Shown: positions 21,064 through 31,400 of the stretch, in pieces
Layout of the letters: each line of letters starts with the position of its first letter
Numbering within the stretch: position 1 is the first letter of the stretch
NCBI GenBank assembly: GCA_965237955.1
Contig: OZ250169.1
Coordinates: 2,240,001-2,304,000 of the forward strand
Direction: 5' to 3'
Source of the DNA: Candidatus Marinacidobacterales bacterium
GTDB lineage: Bacteria > Acidobacteriota > Vicinamibacteria > Marinacidobacterales > SMYC01
Length of the DNA stretch: 64,000 nt
Translations under genes and position numbers: made by a program
The notes under the pieces: generated by a model
The model's database searches: none
The model's input: the letters and a program-made list of their open reading frames with translations, nothing else
Told to the model about the DNA's origin: nothing

Positions 21064-21399
21064 GTGACTCAAGACGAAGAGCCCGGTTTCACCCTCCACT
21101 TCGGCTGTGTTTCCTTGGTGATCGTCGTCGTTGGGGCCACCGCCCTCGCTTGGTGGTGGCGCGGTCGTGACGCTCTCTGGATCGCGGGTCTTGTCGCGAT
21201 CATCGTGGTGGGCACTCCCATCGTGATGACGCTTCTCGAAAGCCGGTGGTTCATCGTGACCGCCGCCGATCGTGACCGCGGCGTCCCAGGTACGTGCCCA
21301 CGCTGCCGCGAGGAGCTCACCGCCGTCATCGGCAAGAAGCGCTACACGGTGCGCTGCGGAATTTGCGGGTATCGGCGCAAGGGCCCACTAGTTCTCTAG
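21064..21399 (+). CDS. Small membrane protein with C-terminal zinc ribbon
   Basis: Two TM segments; CPRC...CGIC. Confidence 0.6.
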   Translation: MTQDEEPGFTLHFGCVSLVIVVVGATALAWWWRGRDALWIAGLVAIIVVGTPIVMTLLESRWFIVTAADRDRGVPGTCPRCREELTAVIGKKRYTVRCGICGYRRKGPLVL

Positions 21400-21908
21400 T
21401 CGGGGAGCAAACAATTATCCTGAAACAGATCGGCGAAGTCTCGCTTCATGCTCACGATCTCCCACGCGCGTTCGCGCGAGCTCGAGCATGCGCTCGCTGT
21501 GATACTCGAGCTCCCGCTCGCCATCATCGTGATCCAGCAACAAGACGAGATTCGTCTCGGCGCGGGAGGTCGCCTCGAGAACGTAACGATCTCCGGTCGA
21601 GTTTCCGAATGCAAAAATCCGAGACCCTCCGGTGCGCTCGCGAATGCGAAGAACTTTCCCCTCCCCGACGCCACGAGTACCTCGAGATGCAACGGTCTTT
21701 CGGTGATGAGCGTGCCGTCCAGATCGAAAACCGCGATGCGTCTTGCAGGCGGAACGTAGCTCTCACGGGTCGGGTCGGAAACGCTATCGACAAACGCGAG
21801 GATGCGCTCCTTGACGGGCCCGTCCGAACAGGTTCGGAGCCTGGGAATTGGACGCGGCGAATCCGGTACGTTCCGGCACGCGCCGACGAACGCTGCCGTC
21901 AACATCAA
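21396..21908 (-). pseudogene. HAD-family hydrolase lipoprotein remnant
   Basis: RIAVFDLDGTLITERP and C-terminal W.IVSMKRDF with the middle missing. Confidence 0.65.
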
Positions 21909-21980
21909 TAAAGACGCGGCGCGGCCCAGTTCGTTTCTTCAAGGCACAGCTGAGCCTTGGTGTTCGAGCTCGCTCGATAT

Positions 21981-22757
21981 CTACTGCTCGAGATACTTCG
22001 TCAATCCGCCTTCGGCGGTCTCACGGGAGAATGGCCCCTCCGCGGCATAGACATTGCCTTCATGGTCCACCGCCACACCTTCACCTGCGGCGCCGTTAGG
22101 CTCACCCGTCTCGTGCGGGGGGATGAAGGCGGTGACCTTGTCTTCGGTGGCGCTTCCGATACGGATACCTGTGCTCCAGTCGGGGTGGCGAGTCGGGTTC
22201 GATTCCGAGTCGATCGCATAGAGCGTATCGTTGTCGTCGATGAACAGCCCACTCACGCGGCCGAACTGCTCGTACGCGTCGATGAAATTACCGTCCTGGT
22301 CGAAGATCTGGATTCGATGATTTCCACGGTCGGCGACGAACAAACGTCCCTGAGAGTCGAACGCGAGCGCGTGCGGCGTGCGAAACTCGCCGGGCGCGTT
22401 GCCTATCCCTCCCCACTCCTTGATGTATTCCCCGTCTTTCGTGAACTTCACGATGCGTCCGGTCGAGCCCGGTGGGGGGTCGTCGGTTTGACCGCTATGC
22501 CCGTCCGAAACGAAAATGTCGCCGTTCGGTGCGGTGATCACGTCGCACGGCTGATTCAAGGTATCGGGACCATCGCCCGCCTCGCCCGCTTTTCCAAGCG
22601 TCATCAACACTTCACCTTCGGGGCTGAACTTGATGACCTGGTGCCCTTTGGTTCCCGCCTCGTTTCCTTGTGAATCGGTCACCCAAACGTTGCCGTCGCC
22701 ATCGACATGGATCCCGTGGGGAAGCACGAACATCCCCGCGCCAAAGCTAGTGAGTAC
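21981..22757 (-). pseudogene. NHL-repeat beta-propeller (PAL-like), N-terminus lost
   Basis: PHGIHVDGDGNVWVTD, NQPCDV, PHALAFDSQGRLFVADRGNHRIQIFD. Confidence 0.8.
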
Positions 22758-22759
22758 CG

Positions 22760-23853
22760 AAGGGCTACAGCAAGACCGCCGCGCCGCTCGTCGTCAAAGA
22801 TCTGGTCGTTACTGGCGTCGCCGGCGGGGAGTACGGCATCCGCGGGCTCCTCGACGCTTACCAAGCCGACACCGGCGAGCGCGCATGGCGACTGTAACCA
22901 TCTCCGGCCCGGGCGAGCGCGACCATGGGACCTGGGCCGGCGACTCGTGGAAGACGGGCGGATCGCCGACGTGGATCACCGGAGTGTACGATCCGGACCT
23001 GAACCTCGTTTATTGGGGCACCGGGAACCCCGGCCCCGACTGGAACGGCGAAGTGCGGATGGGCGACAACCTCTATTCGGACTCCGCGCTGGCCGTCAAC
23101 GCCGACAGCGGTGAGCTTCAATGGTATTTCCAGTTCACGCCATGGGACGTGCACGACTGGGACGCGATCCAAGTGCCTATCCTTGCTGATCTCGAGTTTG
23201 GCGGCGAGCCGCGCAAACTGATGCTGTGGGCCAACCGCAACGCCTTCTACTACACGCTGGATCGCGAGACCGGCGAGTTCCTGGTCGGGACACCGTTCGC
23301 GAAACAGACCTGGGCCGAGGGTCTCGATGAGAATGGACGCCCCATCCGCGCACCTGGAAAGCTCCCTACCCCTGACGGCAACATCGTGTCGCCAGCGATC
23401 GGCGGCGGCACGAACTGGTGGTCGGCCGCCTACAGCCCGAGAACCGAGCTCTACTACGTGAACGCGTACGACGGGGAGCAGGAGTTCTTCATTCGCGAAC
23501 AAGAGTACCGGGAGGGCGAGCAGTTCACCGGCGGCGGCGCCCAGAACGTGGAGCCCGCCGACAAATACAAGAGCGCGATCCGCGCCTTGGATCCGCGCAA
23601 TGGGGAGCGGCGCTGGGAGTTCGAGATCCAGTCACGCTCGACGTCCGGCCTCCTGGCGACGGCTGGCGATCTGGTCTTCGGCGGCACCGTCGATGGGTAC
23701 TTCTTCGCGCTCGACGCCGTGAACGGGAAGGAGCTGTGGCACATCGCCGTCGGCGGTCGCGTGCACACGGCGCCGATGACCTACGCCGTGAACGGCGAGC
23801 AGCTCGTCACCATCACCGCCGGCAACGTGGTGTTCACGTTCGGCCTCGACTAA
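22760..23853 (+). pseudogene. PQQ-dependent alcohol dehydrogenase-like, C-terminal part only
   Basis: GYSKTAAPLVVKD..GGEYGIRG; YWGTGNPGPDW; GDNLYS; HDWDA; APMTYAVNGEQ. Confidence 0.85.
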
Positions 23854-23860
23854 CTCTAGT

Positions 23861-24850
23861 TCAGGTCGGTTGAAACGATCGCTTCAGGCGCTCCAGGCCC
23901 TCGTCAATGGTGACGGACGGTGCGTATCCCAAGTCACGTCGGGCGGCGGAGATGTCGAACCAGTGTGAAGTGGCGAGCTGATGAGCCACGAAACGGGTCA
24001 TGGGCGGCTCTTCCGTGATGGACAATACGCGGTAAACCGTCTCCATCATCCAGCCCGCCATCACGGCCAAGGGCACCGGGATCGATCGCGTGACCGGTGG
24101 CACTCCGGCCGCGGCGAGTATCTTGTTGATGAGCTCGAAGATCGGCAAGGGCTCGTCATTGGAGATGAAGTAGGGCTTGCCGGCACAGGCAGCCCCGGGG
24201 GTGAGTTTTTCTGCAGCGAGAATGTGCGCGTCGGCGGCATTGTCGATGTAGATCGAGTCCACGAGGCAAGGCCGCCGCCCGATCTTTCTCAGCTTGCCCG
24301 CCCGACCCCGGGCCACGATTCTCGGAACCAGATGGTTGTCCCCGGGCCCCCAGATGAGATGAGGCCTCAACGCAACGGTGGCGAGCTCCGGGGCGTTCGA
24401 TTCAAGCACCTTGCGTTCGGCAATGGCCTTCGTTTCGGGATAGGCGGTATCGTAGCGAGAGGCGTAAGGAACGGACTCGTCCACTCCTTCCAGGTCTCGA
24501 GCACCAAAAACCACGCTGGGCGTGCTGGTGTAGACCAACGTGCGCACGCCCTCGCGGCGGCAGGCGGTGATGACGTTTTCGGTGCCGGTCACATTCGTTG
24601 CGAAGTAGTCGGCATAAGGCCCCCAGACTCCTGCCTTGGCTCCGACGTGGAAGACCACGTCCACATCGCGAACGGCTTCGGACACGGCCTCGCTGTCGGC
24701 GAGGTCTCCCTGAACGTGCTCGACCCCGAGGGATTGGAGACCGGCGTACGTTCCCCGAGAAAAACTCCTGACCTCATCACCCCGCGCGCGGAGCTTCGTG
24801 GCGATAGCCCCTCCGAGAAAGCCTCCCCCGCCGGTGACCAGCGCCTTCAC
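23861..24850 (-). CDS. oleD: 2-alkyl-3-oxoalkanoate reductase (SDR/3-beta-HSD type)
   Basis: TGGGGFLG, YTSTPSV, YPETK, LRPHLIWGPGDN; operon position. Confidence 0.9.
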   Translation of the reverse strand: MKALVTGGGGFLGGAIATKLRARGDEVRSFSRGTYAGLQSLGVEHVQGDLADSEAVSEAVRDVDVVFHVGAKAGVWGPYADYFATNVTGTENVITACRREGVRTLVYTSTPSVVFGARDLEGVDESVPYASRYDTAYPETKAIAERKVLESNAPELATVALRPHLIWGPGDNHLVPRIVARGRAGKLRKIGRRPCLVDSIYIDNAADAHILAAEKLTPGAACAGKPYFISNDEPLPIFELINKILAAAGVPPVTRSIPVPLAVMAGWMMETVYRVLSITEEPPMTRFVAHQLATSHWFDISAARRDLGYAPSVTIDEGLERLKRSFQPT

Positions 24851-26481
24851 CGGAGACGCTCGGTGGCCCACACGGCGAGCTTCTCGCGGAAGATCTTCGA
24901 GTTGTGGCGGATGTCCACGGGCAGGCTCTTGTGGAAGAGCAGCGTGTGGATTTTTTTCGTGTGAGGCTGGGCGGCGCCGAGCTCCAGTAGCTCCTGGCGA
25001 AGATCGTTGGGCGCCCGCGCGTCCGTCTCGAGCTCCACGACGAGCACAGGCTCGATCTCAGAGTGGACCTTGGCACCCACCAGTGCCGAACGGTAAACGT
25101 CGGGGTGCGCGTTGAACACACCCTCGCACGGAATCGTGTAGTAGGTCTCGTCACCCGTGACCACGCGATGGGACTTGCGGCCGCAGAACCACAGCCGGCC
25201 CTCGTCGTCGAAGTAACCGAGATCGCCCATGCGGTGATAGAACTCGGCAGAGTCGGCTACGGCAATCTTAGCGAGCTTGGTTGCGGCCTCACGGTTGAAA
25301 TACGATCGCGTGACCACGGGGCCCTTCACCGCGATCTCTCCCACCTCACCCGGGGGCACGCGAAGGGCTTCACTCCACGCCGCGATGGGTTCGTCGTCGA
25401 TCCGAATCACCTCGACCGTCATGCCGTTCACCGGTCGGCCGACGCAAACCCCAGCGCCTTGATCCGTCTTTTTCCGGGTCTCCGCAAGAACTTCTGCGCT
25501 GCCAATCGAGCAAACCGGCAGGGATTCGGTGGCGCCATAGGGGGTGAAGACCTGCGCTTCTCCCGACAGCATCTTGGAGAAGCGCTCGAGCACCCGGGCC
25601 GGCATCGGTGCGCCGGCGGAAATGGCGCGCCTGAGCGACGGAAGCTTCACGCCATGGGCTTCGCCATAGCGCCCGACCTTGTCGATGAGGGCGGGCGAGC
25701 CGAACATGTTGGTGACGCCGTGGCGGAGGATCGGCTCGATGATGTTCTCCGGTTTCACTTGGGCCGGACGGGTGGTATCCATGTCGGGGATGACGGCGGA
25801 CATCCCCAGGGCGGGATCGAAAAGGGCGAAGAGAGGAAAGGTGGGCATGTCCTTTTCACCAGGCTCGATGGAGTAGGTCTCGCGGATCATCTCGACCTGG
25901 GCGGAGAAATTGCCATGGGTGTAGACGGCGCCTTTGGGGACACCCGTGCTTCCCGAGGTGAATAGAATGGCCGCGGTCTCGTCCGCCGCGGTGGATACCG
26001 GAACGTAGTCGCTGTCGGCCCGTCCCCGAAGGGAGACGTCCTCGAGCGAATGCCCGCCCCAAAACCACCGGCGTCCCACCGTGACCTTGGTGCGGATCAT
26101 CCCTCTCGCCCACCCCAAGAGGATGCGTGCGGCATGGGCCTGCGGAATGCCGATGAAGGCCTCGGGCTTTGCTTCGGTCAAGCAGACGCCGAGGTTCTTG
26201 AGGCCCATCCCCGGATCCACCACCACGGGGACCGCTCCGCACCTGAACAGAGCGAAGGTGAGGGTGAAGAAATCCAGACTGGGCTTGACCATCAGGACGG
26301 TGCGGACGCCGCGGCCGATTCCCACGGACTGAAGCCCGCGGGCAAGAGCTCCGCTGGCTTCGTCGAGCTCTTTGAACGTCAGAGATTCACCAGACCAAAG
26401 TGTCGCCGCAAGGCTGTCCGGCTGGCGGCGGGCCATGGCCGGCAAGTGGGAGGCGATGTTGACGCCGGCTTCGCGACTCAT
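24847..26481 (-). CDS. oleC: Olefin beta-lactone synthetase (AMP-binding)
   Basis: NIASHL, FTSGSTGVPKG, PTFPLFALF, TPYGATE, HRMGDLG, VDIRHNSKIFRE. Confidence 0.92.
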   Translation of the reverse strand: MSREAGVNIASHLPAMARRQPDSLAATLWSGESLTFKELDEASGALARGLQSVGIGRGVRTVLMVKPSLDFFTLTFALFRCGAVPVVVDPGMGLKNLGVCLTEAKPEAFIGIPQAHAARILLGWARGMIRTKVTVGRRWFWGGHSLEDVSLRGRADSDYVPVSTAADETAAILFTSGSTGVPKGAVYTHGNFSAQVEMIRETYSIEPGEKDMPTFPLFALFDPALGMSAVIPDMDTTRPAQVKPENIIEPILRHGVTNMFGSPALIDKVGRYGEAHGVKLPSLRRAISAGAPMPARVLERFSKMLSGEAQVFTPYGATESLPVCSIGSAEVLAETRKKTDQGAGVCVGRPVNGMTVEVIRIDDEPIAAWSEALRVPPGEVGEIAVKGPVVTRSYFNREAATKLAKIAVADSAEFYHRMGDLGYFDDEGRLWFCGRKSHRVVTGDETYYTIPCEGVFNAHPDVYRSALVGAKVHSEIEPVLVVELETDARAPNDLRQELLELGAAQPHTKKIHTLLFHKSLPVDIRHNSKIFREKLAVWATERLR

Positions 26482-27380
26482 GCCCGTTCGGCCTTCAGAA
26501 AGTCCCCGATAAGAGCAAGGGATTCGTCCCGGGCATCCTCGAGAACCAAGTGCCCGGCCTCGGGGAAAACTTCAACGTGGGCGGCGTCGAACCGGCGGGT
26601 CCATTCCGAGAGCACCTGATCGTCGAAGATAAAGTCCTTCTTTCCCCACAAGATGAGCATGGGCTTTTCACGAAGGGAGCTCAACGCATCGGAAACACCA
26701 GCCAGACACTCGAAGCTGGGATCCTCCCGATCAAGTGGAATGTCCTGAACGAACCGCAAAACGGCAATTCTATTCTTGTAAGAATCGTAGGGGGCAAGAT
26801 ACCCGGCTCTCTCCGAGCCGCTGAGACGGCGCTTCTTGCAACCGGTGATCAACCAGCCCCTGACAAAGCCGTTGAGACCTCGGACGAACAACGCGCCAAC
26901 TCGGGTGCTCCGGCAAAACCAGAGGGACCAAGGCAACACCTTGGTTCCGGGGATGGGAAAGGCCGCCGTGTTCATGACCACGAAGCGTGAGACCCGTTCT
27001 GGATGACGCGCGGCATAGCCCATTGCGATCACACCACCCCAGTCATGCATCACCAGTGTGATGTTCTGCGTGATGTCCAGGTCGTCGAGCCAGGCCTCCA
27101 CGTCGTCGATGCGGCGCTCGAGTCGGTATTCATAGCGCGCGTCATCGGGCTTGTCCGAGAGGCCGCAGCCAATGTGATCCGGTGCCAGGATGCGGTGGGA
27201 CCCGCTCAGATCCTTGATGAGCTCACGGTAGTAGAAGGACCAGCCGGGATTGCCGTGAAGACAAACCACGGGATCACCGGCGCCCTCGTCCACGTAGTGA
27301 AGCTTCAGACCGCCGCGATCATAGTAGCGACTCGTGAAGGGGTAGAGGCTTGCTACCACTCGAGCCCGAGCATCAGGCAA
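26478..27380 (-). CDS. oleB: Beta-lactone decarboxylase (haloalkane dehalogenase fold)
   Basis: HGNPGWSFYY, PDHIGCGLSDKP, HDWGG nucleophile, AGHLVLED. Confidence 0.9.
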   Translation of the reverse strand: MPDARARVVASLYPFTSRYYDRGGLKLHYVDEGAGDPVVCLHGNPGWSFYYRELIKDLSGSHRILAPDHIGCGLSDKPDDARYEYRLERRIDDVEAWLDDLDITQNITLVMHDWGGVIAMGYAARHPERVSRFVVMNTAAFPIPGTKVLPWSLWFCRSTRVGALFVRGLNGFVRGWLITGCKKRRLSGSERAGYLAPYDSYKNRIAVLRFVQDIPLDREDPSFECLAGVSDALSSLREKPMLILWGKKDFIFDDQVLSEWTRRFDAAHVEVFPEAGHLVLEDARDESLALIGDFLKAERA

Positions 27381-28408
27381 TTCAGACCACTCCCTATTCC
27401 CAAGAAGGCAACCTCGTTGCCGGATGCCAGGACGTCGCGCTCAGCGGCGAGCGCCGCGGTGATGGGCAACGACACCGTTCCCATGTTTCCCAGGTAGGCA
27501 AAGGTCGTGAAGTCTTTGTCCTCCGGTATTTGAAACGCTTGCAGGATGAACGCCTGGTGGGTCGATCCCACTTGATGGCAGATGGTCTTGTCGACATCCG
27601 CTTCGCTCCAGCCCATCTCACCCAAGAAGGCCTTCCACGTTTCGAGGCCCAGGGCCACGCCGTGTTCCAGAACGGCCACCGAGTCCGTGGACATGAGCTG
27701 GCCGTAGGTGGCCTGTCCGTCCTCTCGTCCTGTCTCCTCCATCCCCCACCGGCAGAGCCCGTAGTGCTCAGGCGCGGTGCGGGTCACCCCTCCCAGGAGC
27801 CGGTGGGTCGACGCGGAGCCGAAGGAGCCATCGGTCAGGAGCACTGCCGCGGCCCCGGAGCCGCCGGTGAGGGTGGCCACGGACATCTTGAAGAGCTCCA
27901 TGTCGGGCTTTTCGATCAACCGGTCGATCATGATGTTCACGATCTCCCGGGCGCTCTCGCAAGAGACCACGAGGCCGGCGCGGATCTGGCCGAGCTCGAT
28001 ACGGTTGGCGATGTCGAGCATCCCGTTCAGCACGCCGAGGCACGCATTGGAGAGGTCGTAGACGGCGGCGGCGGGGCTGACGCCGACACCATGAGCCACC
28101 CGGCAGGCGGTGGCCGGCTCGAAGCTTTCCCGGCACACGCCGGCATAAATGAGGACGTCGATATCTCCCGGCTTAACCGCCGACGAGTCCAGGGCGGCAC
28201 GGGCAGCGGTGATGGCAGACCGGGACAGAGGTGTGTCAGGGGCCCACCAGCGGCGTTCGGAGATGCCGGTCAGGGTTTCCAACTGCCCGGGTTGAAAATG
28301 GAGCGCCCGGTAGACCGGCGCCAGACGAGCCTCGAGCTCGGCGGAGGTGACTACGGTCGGCGGTAGCTCGTATCCGATGGTCTCCACAAAGACCTTCGTG
28401 TACTTCAA
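27353..28408 (-). CDS. oleA: Acyl-CoA head-to-head condensing thiolase
   Basis: EPATA, NACLG catalytic Cys, CHQVG, GNMG, GIGSGLN. Confidence 0.92.
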   Translation of the reverse strand: MKYTKVFVETIGYELPPTVVTSAELEARLAPVYRALHFQPGQLETLTGISERRWWAPDTPLSRSAITAARAALDSSAVKPGDIDVLIYAGVCRESFEPATACRVAHGVGVSPAAAVYDLSNACLGVLNGMLDIANRIELGQIRAGLVVSCESAREIVNIMIDRLIEKPDMELFKMSVATLTGGSGAAAVLLTDGSFGSASTHRLLGGVTRTAPEHYGLCRWGMEETGREDGQATYGQLMSTDSVAVLEHGVALGLETWKAFLGEMGWSEADVDKTICHQVGSTHQAFILQAFQIPEDKDFTTFAYLGNMGTVSLPITAALAAERDVLASGNEVAFLGIGSGLNCLMLGLEW

Positions 28409-31400
28409 GGGACCCCACCGCCCCAGGTTAACTTGAAACCGGTCACCTTATAGATGAGACGGCCGTCCACCGAAAGCGTACCGGAGGCCTCGACGGTGTG
28501 GCTCCGATCATCGATGGCGGTGACCACTACATCGGCGACCACGCGGCTGTCGGTGGGAAGGACTTGCCCCCGGTAGAGCCAGATGTGCTCCGAGCCGGGT
28601 GTCATCGCCTCGAGACGGCCGTCGGCCGGGGCTCCCCATCGCTCGACCGCAAAGACTTTCATGAGCTGGATCAGAGATTCCAGTCCCAAAGATCCGGGCC
28701 ACACGGGGTCTTGATAGAAGTGGGCCTTGAAGAACCAGGCCTCCGGGTTCACCAGTGTCGTCCCTCGCACGAAACCGAGGGCCTTGGGACCACCGCCAGG
28801 GACGCAGAGCTCCACGTCGGTCACCATCTGAAACCGTTCATCAGGAAAGGGCGCCGCAAGAGGTATTGAAAAAGCCCGGGCGCGGCGACGCTCGTCGTCA
28901 GTGGGGACGTAGGGAGTGTCATCGCGGATGCCGATCTGACTCGCGAGGGCGTCCTTGGAGAAGAAGCCGAAAGTGGTATCACCGGTGTAGACCGGCCCCT
29001 GGGCCGAGCGGATCTCGAAGTCGTAGTTCTGCACGATCATGCCCGCCGAGCTGGACACACCGGTGATCTTCACGACGGTGCTCAGCACACCGATGTCGCG
29101 GGTGAGAGGAACATGCTGCACACCTTGGCCTCCAAGGTTGCGGAACGAAAGATCGATGTCGCTGGTCAAGGCGGAGCCCAGATAAGCCGCCAGCCAACCG
29201 CAAGGCTGAAGGCCCACTTCCAGAAGCACGGCGAAGGGCATGGTGTCCTGGTGGTCGGCGTTGAAGAACCACGCATCTTGGGGGACTTCGTACTGCGCTT
29301 CGATGACTCCGCCGGCCACGAGCTTCCACGGCTCGGCGTCGATCTCGGTGATGCGGTCGAGGAACTGATAGGGCGGGCCGGGCAAACGCGCGATGACCCG
29401 GTCCCGGTCGAACACTTCGTAGGGCTCACCGAAAGCGTCCGAGGGCTTGCCGATGGCGAAGGCGGTGATGCGATCCGTATCGAAGATGGCCGGTTTGCCT
29501 GTACAGGCTGCGGCCCAAGTTCTCTCGAAAGCGTCTCGGTCGACGCCATCGAGCTCGAGAGACATGTTCGTGATCTCCACGATGGCCTTTCCGTCGGCAA
29601 CCATGAGAGCGTCCACGATTACGTAGGGCTTCGGCTCGTATCCGATTTCCTTCAAAGAGATTTCGTATTGCACTTTCTCGGTGGACGCAATCACCTGGCC
29701 GCGGCACTTCAGTTGGCCGGCAACGCCGGGGACGGGTTGGTAGGCAACTTGATCCCGGGAAGCCACCCATCCCATGCGGAGCAGGAAGACACGCAGCGTG
29801 TGGAGGCAGCACTCGTACATGAGCGTGCCGGGCATGACCATGTCGTCGCGGAAATGGCAGGTCAGGAACCAGTCGTCGGGGTAGATGTCCGCCTCGGCCT
29901 TGATGATCCCCAGGCCGAATCTTCCGCCCTCGGGATCGAGATGAAGCACCCGATCCAGGAGCTTCATGGTGCCGCCGGGAAGGGTGGCGGGATGCTGCAC
30001 GGGCAGGTTCGCGAAGGCCTCACCGAAGCAGGCCGCGAGATCGCCGTCGCGCAGAGCCTGGATGGCGTCGTCGTCGTAGGACTCCACCGACATTTCGACC
30101 AGAGAATGCCAGTCGTCGGGCCGCACGCCGGGCTGGAGCCCCAGGTCCATCTCCGTGTGAACGATGCCCTCGCCGGCATCGAGCTCTTCCGCGGTGAAGA
30201 AGCCGGCGCATCCCTTCGTCATGCTCAGAAGAGGCTCCCCATTCACCGTGGCCTCGAAGTTGAAGCGGAACAGATGGGTTTCGCCCTGCCGGAAGAACTC
30301 GTCAATGGCGATGTCGTAGTGAATGGTCTCGCCGGCGCGAGGAAGACTTCGATGGAAGGTCACTTCGGCGTCGAGGAGACGGTAGACGGCGAGGCCCCGG
30401 GTGACGAAGTCGATGCCCAAGTAGGCCGACAGAAAAAGATCCGCCTGCCCGGCTTCAACGGCGATGCAGGTGGGGATCCGGCCGCCATCGAGATACCAGG
30501 CCTCGGGATGGATGTCATGCTCGGTCACCACCCGGCCATGGCTCATGGATCTCGGCTCACCGTGGATTTCCATGATGCGATCGACGAGCATCAGTGGCTC
30601 GTCGGGTAGACGCACCCGGGAGGGATGGCTGTCCACCGCCGCGAATTCGGGGCCGAGGACCTTGGCGATGGAGCCGATGGCGAACTGCAGACAGGCGTCC
30701 CGATCCAGAGCCGGCGCCGGGGCGGTAGACACCGGGGCGTCGCCCGACAATTCCAGCAGGTCCAGCAAGCGGTTTTGAAAAAAGAAATTCTTCGCCATGC
30801 CGTTTTGAAGGGCTTCGCTCACGCGCAAAAAAGTGCCGTGCGCCTCGCCGGTACGAAGCAACGTTTGGTGGAGCCCCCCAATGATGTCGTCGTCGTCGTC
30901 GATACCGACGCTGGGCCGGAGGGTTACCGGGGCAGGCGCCTTGAAAGGCCGGCCTCCTACGATGACCTGCAGCGAGCGATCGCGGCTCGTCGTCTCGGGT
31001 GAGGCGGGATTGGCAGAGGCCACGAGCGCTTGCCACGAGCTATTGATGAAGGGCCCGAGATCCAAGGGGACCCTTTCGGCGATGAGGGTGGCCACGCCTC
31101 GGAGCAGGGAATTGATTTCGCCCTGCTCCGGGACGTTCATCGAGACCGCCCGGTGCGGCCGGTCCTCGAGAATCCTATCGATCATCCGACTGGCGGAAGC
31201 ACCGGGCCCCATCTCGACGAATATCCTCACGCCGTCGGCGTACGCCTTTTGCACCACGGCGGGAAAATCGAAACCGTGAAGGGCCTGGTCGGTGATGGAC
31301 TCCGCCGCCGTCTCCCGGGTGAGCTGGTAAGCCTCTCCCGCGGCCACCGAGTAGAAGCGCACGCCATCGGGAGGTGTTGTCTCGAAAAGATGCAGGTCGT

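Noticed and set aside
26478-27380. Haloalkane dehalogenase linked to the rdhA remnant
   Set aside because: Position between oleA and oleC identifies it as OleB.
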